Source: Azolla caroliniana
Taxonomy: Eukaryota > Plantae > Polypodiophyta
Assembly: GCA_043228905.1 (NCBI GenBank)
Contig: JBHGNT010000001.1
Location: forward strand, 8,494,001 to 8,558,000
Direction: 5' to 3'
Length of the DNA stretch: 64,000 bases
The stretch's first letter is position 1, and each line of letters starts with the position of its first letter. A program made the position numbers and the translations under genes. The notes under the pieces were generated by a model. That model had not been told where the DNA came from, searched no databases, and saw only the letters and a program-made list of their open reading frames with translations. Shown here piece by piece: positions 13,058 through 24,968 of this stretch.

Positions 13058-15281
13058 CATCCTTGTTAAATCCTATGTTTGTGTTGTTGACCTACTTCTA
13101 GAAAGGGTGTATTTCTTTTTTATTATTTTTCAATAATGGAACTTAAATTTTTGTGGATGCTTCAAAACTATGCATTAACCATCAATACTTATCTTTTCCA
13201 TTGGAACGATGAGAATCTTCCATTACACATTGTTTTCATTGTACATACAACAAGACGATTGATCATGTTCCATAATCAACGATGTCATTCTTAAGCGTGA
13301 TTGTTTAAGATTACATTAGCAATGTCCCACCATGCGATCCTAGAGCTTTCTTGCAAACCTCATGTACATTTTTGTTTTTGATCCAAGATGAGAAATTGGA
13401 TAATATATGTCCCACCAAATAGCTCTAATAAGTATATTATGAGAGCCATCAAACTCTTGGGTATTGTTAAGAGTTTAGAAATTATATATAGCTAAAATAA
13501 GTGAGAAGGAAGCCCATTCAAGTTCTAATCCACACTAATATGCAATAGGGGCATGCTTTGTATAACCCTTAGTCCCTTTACATCAATAAGAGTGGGTGGG
13601 AGCTAGTCCATTTACATAAAATATTGCTACATATGATAAGAGAAGTTACATTCTTAAAACAAAGGAAGTGTTTATTAATGCACATTGTATGTGCTGCACC
13701 AAGCTTATATTTACACTCGATGTGGACAATTTCATGGAACTTTGTTATTAAGTATGAAAAAGGGAGCGGGGAGAGGTTCCATGAGGGTCTTGTACAAGGG
13801 AAGAAGATCTGTCAAGTTCACCAGGTTGAGCTTTGTGTAGTTCTTTTGAAGGTTGGAGTAGATCCAAGTTTACTAATGGGTTTGGATGTAAGCTTCCTTA
13901 TTAGGCTTGGTTGCCTTCGTTAGCTTCATATTGAAAGTTTCATTATTACAGTTTTTATATAGGCTCAATTGGCTCTATGTGTAGGTAGCCATATGTAGCC
14001 TTATTTAAAAATATTCTTTGTTGATGTGAAAGTTGTGACACGATGGGTGCTCTGTGGGAAGTGTGCTTATTATAATGTGGTCTCTCAAAATGATGAAGGC
14101 ACTTAAAACTCACAACATAATTTCAACTTGATCACTCACATAACTCAAGATCACTCAATCCAAATTAGTCCAAACTAGAAAAGGAACAAATAGTGGAAGG
14201 ACACCATAAAACCCACAATTAAAAATAAGCTTTTGATTAAGAAGAGCTATGTAGTAGCTTTTGTATCATCTGTTTGATTAGATGTACTAGCTTTTGTATC
14301 TTACAAAAAGAAGTGAGATGAAATGTCTCCTTCTGTTTTTCCTATGTAGGACTTTTCAAGTAATATACTAAGGTGCATCTTCCTTCCAAAAAAAGAAGAA
14401 GAAGAGCTAGGTGGAACAAATGAATCCAATGAGGTTGAAGGAAAAGGATCATGTACACATTGATGATCCTTTGTAGCCTATAAACCCCTTGTATTGAGAG
14501 ATGATCTCCTTTAGGCATCAAAAACTATTCTTCCTCATCAAAGTAAGTTCCCCTACCCAAAATCCGCTAATTCAAGAAGAACAAGAACAAAGAAAACAAA
14601 ACGATCACTCTCTAACCCCAAATCAAACAAACGCACACAAAAATGTCCCCCGAAAAGTTTGCCTTGGGCACCTAGAAATATAATATATCTAAATGATATT
14701 TCAATCCAAAGTAGTGATGATTGCACCTTTTTGGGTACAATAATATATTGCACAAGCTTGTATGAAAAAAAAGGCATAACGAGTAGACCTTAAAAACAAA
14801 GCATGCTGCCAAAAAACAAAGATGTGCTTGCAAGTCAAATCACAATAAAGGGTTTAAAAAGAACCTTTCCACTGCATTAAGGTGATAATATTTGATTGCA
14901 CATAATCAAGATATTGGTGTTGGCTACATTTCAAGTGCAACCATCAGAGCATTGCATTTCACCAACATTGGATACATAGTAAAAGGATGAAGCGTTCAAA
15001 TCAAAATCTTTCCTGTCATTGTCATCTTTGGTAGGTAAAGGTAGTGGAGATTAGGCTGTTTTTGGTGAGCAAATATTACATGTCAAATTAATGATAAACA
15101 ATATAATAAAATATTAGGGGAAAAAGGATTAAGTGTGCTTAACCTCATCAACCATTCCCAATCAAAGGACATGAGACAAACAAAGTATCATCATAATTGT
15201 CCCATGCCATGAATATTACCTTATGTTAGACCTTGGTAGTTGTATAATGAATCTAAAGAAAGGAGCTTACCTTACTTGTAG

Positions 15282-15742
15282 TGTTACGGGCATGACCATA
15301 TAATATCCCGTGGTGAGAATTTACCGTAGTATTCTATACACGTGGATAAGTGTGAGGGTTAAACGAGAGTGTAAAGAAGGGGATGATTACTTTTAATCCT
15401 CGGGATTGAGACAACCCATTAGGCCAAGTGTGAACTTGCCTGGGGGCCTTGGGTATCGCTATAAATAACAGGCCTAGCTACCCTCATTTCATCATCTTTT
15501 GACTACGTTGAGACTCTATTCTTGTGGTGGGTCAACTCTTGTAGCGAGCGCGCCAGCACCAAGTACGACTTGACGCCACGACAGTGGTATGGGACGCCGA
15601 TCGAGGCTTGAGTCCGTCTCGATCCCTTCACTTGGGGGTGGCCGGGTGGATCGACACCCTTCTTTCTCTCTCTCCTTTCTATCTATCTATTTATCATTCT
15701 TTTATCCTTATCATATGCTTACATTAGGGCATATCTCTAATA
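15282..15742 (+). mobile_element. Solo LTR related to the LTR at 496-972
   Basis: TGTTAC...CTAATA ends, TSD TGTAG/CGTAG. Shares TATAAATA..CTACCCTCATT, GGTATGGGACG and GGGGGTGG.CGGGTGGA with the first LTR. Confidence 0.8.
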
Positions 15743-16449
15743 CGTAGAGTTTCAACATCTCCAACTATCATAATGAAGGGGGCAGTTGGTCCACTTCATA
15801 TAAACCAACATCATAGTTTCACAAGCCAACGCATGTTCCTATGTGTCATAAGTCCTTAAGGGTTTGTTCTAGTTGCTAGAATAACTAGTTTCCAAACTGT
15901 CATACCATTAAACCATTAAAATTAGCTCTAGAACTAGTCCTTAAGATTGTTATGCCTATAACTATGATCCCTTCCACATCCTTGACAAGTGGCCTCTCTA
16001 TGAAATCACACCATGAGGTCCTAGTTTTGTCGATCTTCAAATGTGGATGGTTTGTTTTTCATGGGGTTGTTGCATGGTCTTACCTTTGCCTCACGACATC
16101 CCTAACTGTAATAAAATTATGTTTATTCAAACATTGACTTACCATATGGGGACCTTAAGAACTGAGACACTTCAAATTTGGTTTCTAACGAGGCTCTCAC
16201 ACCCATAGCATGCATTCATCACATTGATCCCTGCAAAGTATGTAGACATGGTAAACATTGTTTTCTATCTCAATGTGGCGTGACAACACTCTTTCATGTT
16301 GTCTTTCTTCATATTTGTCCTCTATTTCTTCTTTAGAACCTTAATATCCATGGATACACTAAAGACTACCAAGAGAGAAAGAGAGACCATGATGCATGGT
16401 CAGTCCCAAGGTTGTTAGGTACGTTAGATACAGTATGGATACCATAAGT

Positions 16450-19400
16450 TGTTGTGAAGAAAACTGGCCCTAAGAGTAATCAAGGAGTTGAAGGCGTGAA
16501 CCCGACCTTTCTCGAGTTGGCCTGAATTGATTCATTGTATATAACTAGGAATAGGACGGCTGGTGTAAATATACAAGGTATAAGATATCTATTAAATAGG
16601 AAATCGATGCATATCTCTGTCCGAAGGGACAAAGAATAAAGTTGAGGTGTTTTGATGTGACAGCCTCCTCGGCAACCTATAAAAGGGGAGGAAGAAGAAG
16701 AAGAGGTGCTCGAGGTACAGGCTGGATGTCGGACCCACACCGGCAACGAAGTTTGATGAGCCTTCATCGGTGCGAAGGGAGGAGACCCGGGATTGGATTG
16801 AAACTGGCCCAACATCGATTAGAGCGGTCAAGGGCCCATCAGGGGGAGCGGCTCTTGAGGAGCTGACACAAATGGTGCGCGACCTGCAGATCGTGCAGGG
16901 CCGGAGAGACAGTGGAGAGCAGCCACGCGACTGAAGGCCACTGGACGGACACCGGTGTATGTGGTGCGATGCGGTCGGGCATAGCCGGCGAGATTGCGTG
17001 GAGTTTGCCGAAGCCCTCAGGGGTAATGTTGTGTACCTAGTGATACTCAGAGAGCCGTGGAGAAAAATTTCAGGTGTGGCGGGATGAAGCGGCTAATGGA
17101 AGAAGCGGAGGCGCGCCATGCGGAGGAGGTCCATTATTCGGCATTGGCCGGAATCCGGGTGGGAGGTGACGAAGACTGGAAAACAAAGGACTCTGGCTTC
17201 TGGCCCTCGGTGCTAGAAGGCCTCTCCGGCCCACGATTGAAGAAGGAGGAAGTGAGCCGCGCAGAGCAGCGGTTCCGGGAGGTTATTGGATGGGACGATC
17301 CGGTTGAGGAGAAGACCGGTCTCGTGGAACCCGCGTGCTAGAACTACGAGGTTCTGGTAGAAGACAAGCGCGCGGGAAAGGCCGGAGGTACCGGGCCCTC
17401 ACAACGATACGAGACCCAGTTCAGGCAAAAGCAAAATGATGCCGGTAACCTCGGCGCACCGGACAAAACGAAGCGGGCCGGTTACCAGTTGAGCACGGAG
17501 ATCGAGAGGTCAATGAACTTGCAGAAGTTCCTCGAAGAACGGATCCTCGACCACAAGGTCGAGTTGTCACTGAGGGAGGTTCTCGGGATCACCCAGAAGG
17601 AGTTCCACGATTCCATCGTGGACTTGGTGAAGCGGAAATGGCTCTTGACGGAGCAGGAACCAGAGAAGCCGGTGGAGGTGCGAACCACGCACCTGGAGGA
17701 CATGGCTCTAGAAGACGAGTTGGCAGAAAGCCACTATTTGAGGTCGCACTGGGCCAGGGCCACTACGGAGATCCCTGTTCGGATCGGGGACGTTCAAGAG
17801 CCTGTGGTGGCATTGATAGACCACGGCTCGGAGATCAACATGATGTCCATGGACTTCTATAGAAAGGGGAAGTGGCCGATCAACACCAAGCATGGCTGGA
17901 AAATACGCGCGGCAACCCGCACTACGGAGGAGCTGCACGGGGCGTGCCTGAATGTACGCGTCAAGATCGGCGACGTCGAGATCGATCAACACTTTTTCGT
18001 GCAGGAGACGTCCTCGCACCCGGTGATACTTGTTAGGAAACAGGTCCCTCTGGATGGGAAGTGAGAAGAACAGTGTTGATGAGCAACTCGGCTGAGGCCG
18101 ATAGGCCGAGGCCGAATCTGGATGTGGAGTACCCGACAACGGAAGACCCGGTGAGAACCGGATATGGAGTACTCGACAAGGAAGACCCGGTGAGAACCGG
18201 ATGTTCCAGGCCCGGTGAGAACCTCTCATCGGATGGAAGGGACATATATGTAAATATGTTCTAGAGAGCCCACTAGGGCTATATTTGTAAATAGCCCGAA
18301 AGTCATATTAGTATAAATATGACCTAGGGAAAACTTAATAGTTAATGATGTAGAGTTGGTTGTGCTATTATCGTTGTGGCGATAATTTAGAGCGGAACTA
18401 CGTACAGAGGAGAGAGAGAGAAGAAGAGGTTGTTGCCTTTGTTGTAACTGCCTGGTGGTGAAGTGAGGGAGCAAGAGGTCGTTGCCTCTGTGCCCCATTG
18501 TTGTAATCTTGATATAGTGATATTTTGCAGTCTGAGGGCTGCCGTGGTTTTTCCTAGATTTGGGTTTTCCACGTTAACATCCAGTGCACTCTCTTCTTTA
18601 CTGTTTCGTGTGTAGATACATCTCACCACATCCATGTTTTCTGTGCTTGATCCGACGTCTCGGTTGTGGCCGAGCATAGCTTAGGAAACCGTATTCCTTT
18701 CAAACTGGTATCAGAGCGAAACAACACAGAAAAATGGACGATTTGTTGGGAGGCATGTTCAAGCTCACCGGCTTCAACTATTCAGTGTGGAAGTCGAAGA
18801 TGATGGACATGCTCGTGGTTAAAGATCTTTGGTTGCCGGTTCAGTTCGGGGACAAGAGATCGGACAAAATTGATGCCATGATATGGGAGGTGATGCACAT
18901 GAAGACAACAGTGTACATACAGTGCTTCATCGACATGAGTCTATACAACAACTTCAATGAAGAGAGTAAGGCTCATGAGCTATGGGAGAAGATGGACATT
19001 ATGTTTCAGAACAAAAATGTTGTTAATCAGGTTTCGGTATTTTGGAAGCTAGTAAGACTCCTGTACCAAGATGGCTCCAGCATGGCGGAGCACATGAATG
19101 CCTTCCAGGGGCTGATACACCAGGCAACATCATTAGAAGTACCTCTCGCCGATGAGGTACTAGCACTACTCCTGCTCGGCTCCCTCCCAGATAGCTAGGA
19201 GACATTGGTCGTCACTTTGGGCAACGCTAGGCCGGAAGGGAAGCAATTATCCCTAGCAAGAGTGAAGTCAAGCTTTCTAGATGAGGAGGCCGGGGATGTG
19301 TACCGGTTCGTAACGACGTGCGAAAGCTGTCAGCTACACTCCACAGTCTGACATCGAGATGAACTACACCCGACCTGCCCGCTAACCGTCCATTTCAAGT

Positions 19401-19510
19401 GGATGGTAGACTTAGTAATGATGCCAATGAGGGCAGGGCAGATGCGGTACTTGGTGCTTGCGCGAGAGGATTTGACGAACCAGGTGGAGGGCCGCGCACT
19501 ACGCACAAGT
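16450..19510 (+). mobile_element. Deleted family A gypsy copy (element K): partial LTR, gag-protease remnant, integrase fragment
   Basis: TGTTGTGAAGAAAA start. Gag/PR at about 16830-18030 (ALIDHGSEINMMS) closely matches element A; integrase fragment at 19293-19510. Confidence 0.85.
18031..19292 (+). mobile_element. Truncated Tork-like Copia J: 5' LTR, PBS and gag
   Basis: LTR 18031-18702, PBS TGGTATCAGAGCG 18706-18718, gag ORF 18734-19198 homologous to the gag of Copia I; joined by a deletion to family A integrase. Confidence 0.85.
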
Positions 19511-21503
19511 ATAATTGTAAGTATGAGTCGATACGTATGTGCACACGTTGTCACGTAATTACACGTACGTGTAAGGAACGAAGGCGTGACCATAGGGGTC
19601 CTGGACCGAGGAATGTGAGAAAAGGGGAAAAGTGCAACAAAGAACGTGTGTCGGGCAAGCGTTGGATGCGGACAAGCACAAAGCTCGACCGGCTTGGTCG
19701 AGATCAGATCGATGCAAGAGACAATTATAAGAGAAAGAAACCCTCAATCGATTAAGAATGGATTACAACCAGCTCGTCGGTAACTGAGCCACTACTCGCT
19801 CGACAACACACACACATCAGAGACGAGATACAACGTGGAGCCTCTGTCGGGAGCACCCAAGCTTCCCACACGAATAGAGGCGTCCGGCAAAAGAACTCCT
19901 GCAGAGATCACCGATACAAAACAAATGTTCGGTCCCTAGTCCGAGAGCACTCCGTTCTCCCCAAAAACGTGATCCTCTCTTAGCCCTCTCTCCCGACCTT
20001 TATAGGTCCTTGAGGGAGGAGCCATCACATCATGTAATTACATCATCTTTATTCTCTGTCACTTCAGACAAAGATTGGTTACGATTTGTTAATCTATTTA
20101 ATGTATCTATGTTTATCCACATCACGCCGACCTATTCTTAGACGATGTACAAATAATGTTGAGAGATCAAGCTCAATTTAGTTTAGTTAGTTAGTCAACC
20201 ATGTAACTTCATAGTTACCTAGATAGAATCTAGTTAAAAGTGTTGACTATAATGACTTAAATAGGACCTTGTACTTAAGTGAGATATTCTAGATCCTCCA
20301 CTCCTAAGTACATTTAATATAGGACTTACACATTAGTACCTATATTCTACTCACACATGTGCACCTTTGCACATGAGATGTATATATACCTCATTGTGGG
20401 TATTTTTGTATTCAATGATGATAATGCTAATATAATATACACTCTGGTTTACTCATCCCCCATCTTGTGTTGTTCATAAGTGTATCTCTCCTCTCTCTCT
20501 TCCTCTCACACACACACACACATATCACATAATCTTCCGTGCTTAACTTAATCACATAATTAGGTACTAATTAACCCTTGCTTAATTATTTACCTAATTG
20601 TTAACATGGTATCAGAGCGTTGTCGAGTTATTACGCAAGTGCGTGTGGAAACGAGGCGGGACCGCGGGGGTCTCGAACCAAAGAGCAAGCGAGGGAGGAG
20701 AAAGAGAGAGAACAGGCTACGCAGAACCGGGGATACACAGGGACACGGCCCTTCAACACGGAGAACGCGAACAGACACCGACTCAGACAGACGCGGATGA
20801 CTAAATATGTATATTAACAAATGGCTAACACGACCACAACCCTCGATGGGGCACAGGTTGGTTACAACCGAATAGGCCGGCGAGCAGATGCCGATGCCTG
20901 TTCGCTTCGACGCACAAACAGGGGAAACGGGGAAACGGGGGTTTGCAGGTCGGAGGTGCTGCCGGAAGCACTCGGGCGTTCCTCGAAACAGCGCGAGCCT
21001 CCTCGGAACCCTGCACAGAAAGCTATGGAGCTCAAGAAGGAAGGAAACAGAGAGAGAGAAGCGTCCAGAAACGGTCCGACAACACTTCGTCCTCTCCGCC
21101 CGCGATCCCTGCAACAGCTCTTTCCTCCTCTTTTTATAGCCCAACGAGCAGGCCGTCATGTCAGCTTTATTCCTTGTCCCTTTTGGACAGGGATCCGCTC
21201 CGTCCTTCACGCGTCCGCGTAGATACGCCGCCGACTCGTACAGTTCCTTCGCTCGCGCGCGCGACCGAAAAGACTGTTCGCGCGGTCTTTGTCTCCACTT
21301 GTGTTAGGGCCCGTTCCTGCCGATTATCCTCCTAATTCGCTTCTATGTACAACTTGGAGCTTGCGCGCGTGAAGAACCGGTTCCCACGCCTAGGTGCGCC
21401 GATTCCGCCTATGGACGGTTTTCTTCACGACATCCGCCCCCACCTAACCGCGCATCCTCCGGTATGCGCCAAGAGAGTTGGGACGGAGAAAACCGGCCCG
21501 TCT

Positions 21504-24500
21504 TCATTCCTCGTTTTCGGATCGTTCGTCACTGCTGACTAGGAGAGCCGGGTCCGGCTCGTCATCATGTCGCTTCTTGAACGCTTTGATCCGCTTCCCT
21601 GCAACCGGTATCGCCACTCTCGTGCCGTCAAGTTCCGCCAGGTGATATGTCCCGTTGTCATTGGCGCTCCGTACCACGTAAGGCCCGAACCACCTTCGTG
21701 CGAACTTCCGTGTGGCTCGGTGCTGGTTGTCGAGGCTGCTGTCGTAGACGAGCACCCAGTCACCTTCTTCGATTTTCTTCGGTCGGAGCCGGTGCGTTCG
21801 GTCGAACCTGGCTTTGTTCTTTGTCCTCGCCACCCGGAGCTTCTCCGCAGCCAGTTCCACGTCCTCCGGCCTCCGCCCGAGTTGTCGTATACGCGCGGCC
21901 AACAACTCCTCCCGGCTCATCTCGTCCCTCCAGTCGACCGTTGCCCACGAGGAGATCGTCCGTTCCATCGGCATGATCGGCTTCTGGCCGAACATGAGCT
22001 CCGTCGGCATGTACCCGGTTACCGAACTGTGCGTGGTCCGGTCTGCCCACAAAGCATAAGGTAGCAGCCGCGGCCAGTCACCGACTCGGCCTCCGCATGC
22101 CCGGACCAACGCCTTGACGATCGGTCCGTGTCCGCGCTCCACCTTTCCATTCGCCTCCGGATTGTACGCAGTGGTGAGCGAGAGCTTGACTCCCAGCCGG
22201 TCGAACAGCTCCGCAGCTTCTTCGGCGTCCAACTCCCCTCGGTCAGCCACGATCTTCCCGACGCACCCGTACCGGCATATCACGTCCTCGATTAGGAACC
22301 GGCATACGGCCGCGGTCGTTTTGTTCGGAAGGGCCCGGCCTTCCACCTGGTTCGTCAGATCCTCCCGCGCTAGGACCAGGTACCGCATCTGTCCTACTCC
22401 CATTGGCATCGTTACCAGATCTACCATCCATTTGAAATGGATGGCCGGAGGGTACGTAGGGTGAAGCTCGTCTCGATGTCGGACTATGGAGTGCATCTGG
22501 CAGCTCTCGCAAGTTGTCACGAACCGATGCACGTCCTGGTACTGCCCCGACCACCAATACTTCCCCTTCAGTTTCTCAAACGTAGCCCATGTCCCACGGT
22601 GTCCAGCCCAAGGGCTGTCGTGGTAGGCCGTCAGCAGCTCCTCCTGTTCTTCCTTCATCGCCACCACCCGGAGCGGAGCGCCGTCCCTCTTCTTCGGGTG
22701 CTTCCATAGATAGCCATCCCGGAGAAAGAACCGGTACGCTTTCTTCCGGATCCGGTTGGCCTCGTCCTTCGTCCATGACGCATCGGGCGTCATTGTCTTC
22801 AAAAACCCACCGATCTGCAGCCACTCCCCGTCGTACTTGCTCGCGTCGAAGTCGTTAAGCGCCGGAGTGCTTGTCCCGTCGGTTGTTACATACGCAGTCT
22901 CGAAGAAGTCCACGCCGACCTCTTCGTCCTCCGAAACCATGCCGCCCTCGTCATCGAATCTCGCCCTTGAAAGCATGTCGGCCATGGCGTTGTCTTTCCT
23001 GGAAATGTGTCGTACTACCGGGTCTAGGGACTTGATGTACGCTATCCACCTGAGCATTGCCAGGTCCGGCGTCGCGCATCCGGAAACCATGCCGAGAATC
23101 GGCATGCAATCCGTCTCTATGATTACCTCTGTCCCGATCAGATAGTCCTTGTCGGCCTTCACCGCCGAAACGATACCCCAGAGTTCGCGTTTAACCTGGG
23201 CGTATCCTCGCTGCCGTTCGCTGAGGACCTTCGCGCCGAATCGGATCGGAAACCGATTGCCGTCCTCGTCTTCTTGGTTGACGACCCACCCGATTCCGGT
23301 CGGACTCGTGTCAACCGTTATGTACACTGGGGTGCCCTTCCCGTAGACGGCCTTTCGGAGCGCCGGTGCTGCCGAAAGAGCCTCCTTCAGCTTCCGGACC
23401 GACTCCGTGTGCTTGTCTAGCCATTCGAATCGTCGCCCTTTCCTCAATAACCCGTATAGCGGCTCCGCAATGTGGGCGTAATGCGGGATCCATATGTGGT
23501 AGAATGCGCATGCCCCCAGGAATCTTCGTACTTCCGTGACCGAGCTGCAGTCGGGCTTCATCGCGGAGATGGCTTCTACCTTTGCCGGAGACGGTTTCCG
23601 GCCATATGGCCCACATAAGTGTCCGACCACCATGATTTCCAACTGCCCGAAGGCTGATTTCTCCCCCGAGAAGGTGAGCCTCGCATCCTCTAGCCTTTGC
23701 AGCACCTTCTCGCAGTCGTCGATGTGCGTCATCACGAATCGCCGGCATCCGTCCGGCCCGATCGTCTCGTCCTTCTCTTCTACCGGGCATCCCTTGATCG
23801 GGATGTCGTCTAGAAACGGCATGGTGATGTCCGGGATGCAGTCCCTCAGCACCTTGTTCATTGCATTCACCATGTGGGCCACCGAGTTGGTCCCTCCTTG
23901 CGGCAGCGTACACATCCGCACTAGGCCGAGGGGAGTTCGCATCGTCGTAATGTCTCTGCTCTCCACGGCTAGCTGGAACTGGTCGTACCCTGAGTATAGA
24001 TCACCGACCGAGTAAATCGACCTTCCGGCGAAGGCCTCCGCGAACTCGTCTATGGTCGGTCCGATCCCTGCGTTCCGAATGGTCACTCTATTGACCGGCT
24101 GCAGGTCCTGAATGAAGCGCAATGATCCGTTTTTCTTTGGTACGGTAAACCAGCGGTTTGAATACGGGGCGCTCGACGGCTCGAGAATGCCCATATCAAC
24201 TTTCTGCTTCAACAGCTCCATCAACTTCGGGATGTGAGCTCTCGGAACCGAAATTGGCTTGAGATTCCATGGTACATGCGGTACCGTGAATATCACCATC
24301 GGCTCTACGATCGTCGGGTCCACGCACCCGATTTCCTCCGGCGAGAATGCGAAGGCTTTCCCGTGCCTTCCGAGCATTCTCCGGAACCGGTCTTCCTCCG
24401 CCGGCAGTAGGAACCCGCCCCCACCGATCTTCAGCTCGCGGAGCGTCTCGTCGGTGAAGGTGTGTCCTATGCAGGCCCGATCTCGTAAGCTGGGGTCCGA

Positions 24501-24968
24501 TGCAACCCCTTTAATCCGGGATTCACTGCCCTCCGGTAAGGGCGCCGCAACTGGCCTCACCTTCCGGTCCACCGTCTTGTACTTGGTGCTCACTCGGGCC
24601 GTCCGTTCCGACTCGAGCCCTCGACCGAAGTCCGCGATGACTTCATACATTTCTTCGGAACATACCGGTATCGTCCGGTCTTCGTTAAGGTCTTCTTCGA
24701 CTACCTTCCCCAGCATTCCCAAGGTGTCGTCGAAGGAGACCGCCTCCACGGCGCCACTGATTTCTTCGTCAGGGCCGAGAACTCCGCACGCTCGAAGTCT
24801 CCCCTCCGTCTTTGTTTTCTCTCGGCCGGCGATGCCGACCATCGTACATGCTCCGCTGCCGGAGAAGCAAAATTTCCTACCTATTGTACACGGTTTTATC
24901 GTACAGATGTGGGGTCTTCCCGGAGCATCCGGACTGTCGCGGCCCCACGCCTTGGCAGTCCTTTCTAA
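21504..24968 (-). CDS. pol: Pol (RT-RNase H-integrase) of element A, probably entered by -1 frameshift
   Basis: RT FIQDLQPVN...PFLDD; RNase H VDTSPTGIG...TDC...ADMLSR; integrase HHCC, D,D-E and GPY motifs. The frame stays open from the first ATG (24842) up to the gag stop. Confidence 0.95.
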   Translation of the reverse strand, partial: LERTAKAWGRDSPDAPGRPHICTIKPCTIGRKFCFSGSGACTMVGIAGREKTKTEGRLRACGVLGPDEEISGAVEAVSFDDTLGMLGKVVEEDLNEDRTIPVCSEEMYEVIADFGRGLESERTARVSTKYKTVDRKVRPVAAPLPEGSESRIKGVASDPSLRDRACIGHTFTDETLRELKIGGGGFLLPAEEDRFRRMLGRHGKAFAFSPEEIGCVDPTIVEPMVIFTVPHVPWNLKPISVPRAHIPKLMELLKQKVDMGILEPSSAPYSNRWFTVPKKNGSLRFIQDLQPVNRVTIRNAGIGPTIDEFAEAFAGRSIYSVGDLYSGYDQFQLAVESRDITTMRTPLGLVRMCTLPQGGTNSVAHMVNAMNKVLRDCIPDITMPFLDDIPIKGCPVEEKDETIGPDGCRRFVMTHIDDCEKVLQRLEDARLTFSGEKSAFGQLEIMVVGHLCGPYGRKPSPAKVEAISAMKPDCSSVTEVRRFLGACAFYHIWIPHYAHIAEPLYGLLRKGRRFEWLDKHTESVRKLKEALSAAPALRKAVYGKGTPVYITVDTSPTGIGWVVNQEDEDGNRFPIRFGAKVLSERQRGYAQVKRELWGIVSAVKADKDYLIGTEVIIETDCMPILGMVSGCATPDLAMLRWIAYIKSLDPVVRHISRKDNAMADMLSRARFDDEGGMVSEDEEVGVDFFETAYVTTDGTSTPALNDFDASKYDGEWLQIGGFLKTMTPDASWTKDEANRIRKKAYRFFLRDGYLWKHPKKRDGAPLRVVAMKEEQEELLTAYHDSPWAGHRGTWATFEKLKGKYWWSGQYQDVHRFVTTCESCQMHSIVRHRDELHPTYPPAIHFKWMVDLVTMPMGVGQMRYLVLAREDLTNQVEGRALPNKTTAAVCRFLIEDVICRYGCVGKIVADRGELDAEEAAELFDRLGVKLSLTTAYNPEANGKVERGHGPIVKALVRACGGRVGDWPRLLPYALWADRTTHSSVTGYMPTELMFGQKPIMPMERTISSWATVDWRDEMSREELLAARIRQLGRRPEDVELAAEKLRVARTKNKARFDRTHRLRPKKIEEGDWVLVYDSSLDNQHRATRKFARRWFGPYVVRSANDNGTYHLAELDGTRVAIPVAGKRIKAFKKRHDDEPDPALLVSSDERSENEE

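Noticed and set aside
13400-16440. Possible decayed DNA-transposon or gene fragments in AT-rich DNA
   Set aside because: Only short stop-riddled frames; no assignable motif or termini apart from the solo LTR at 15282
20590-21335. Long overlapping ORFs in the LTRs of element A (repeated at 27126-27850)
   Set aside because: GC-rich LTR sequence, open in several frames on both strands, with no recognisable domain
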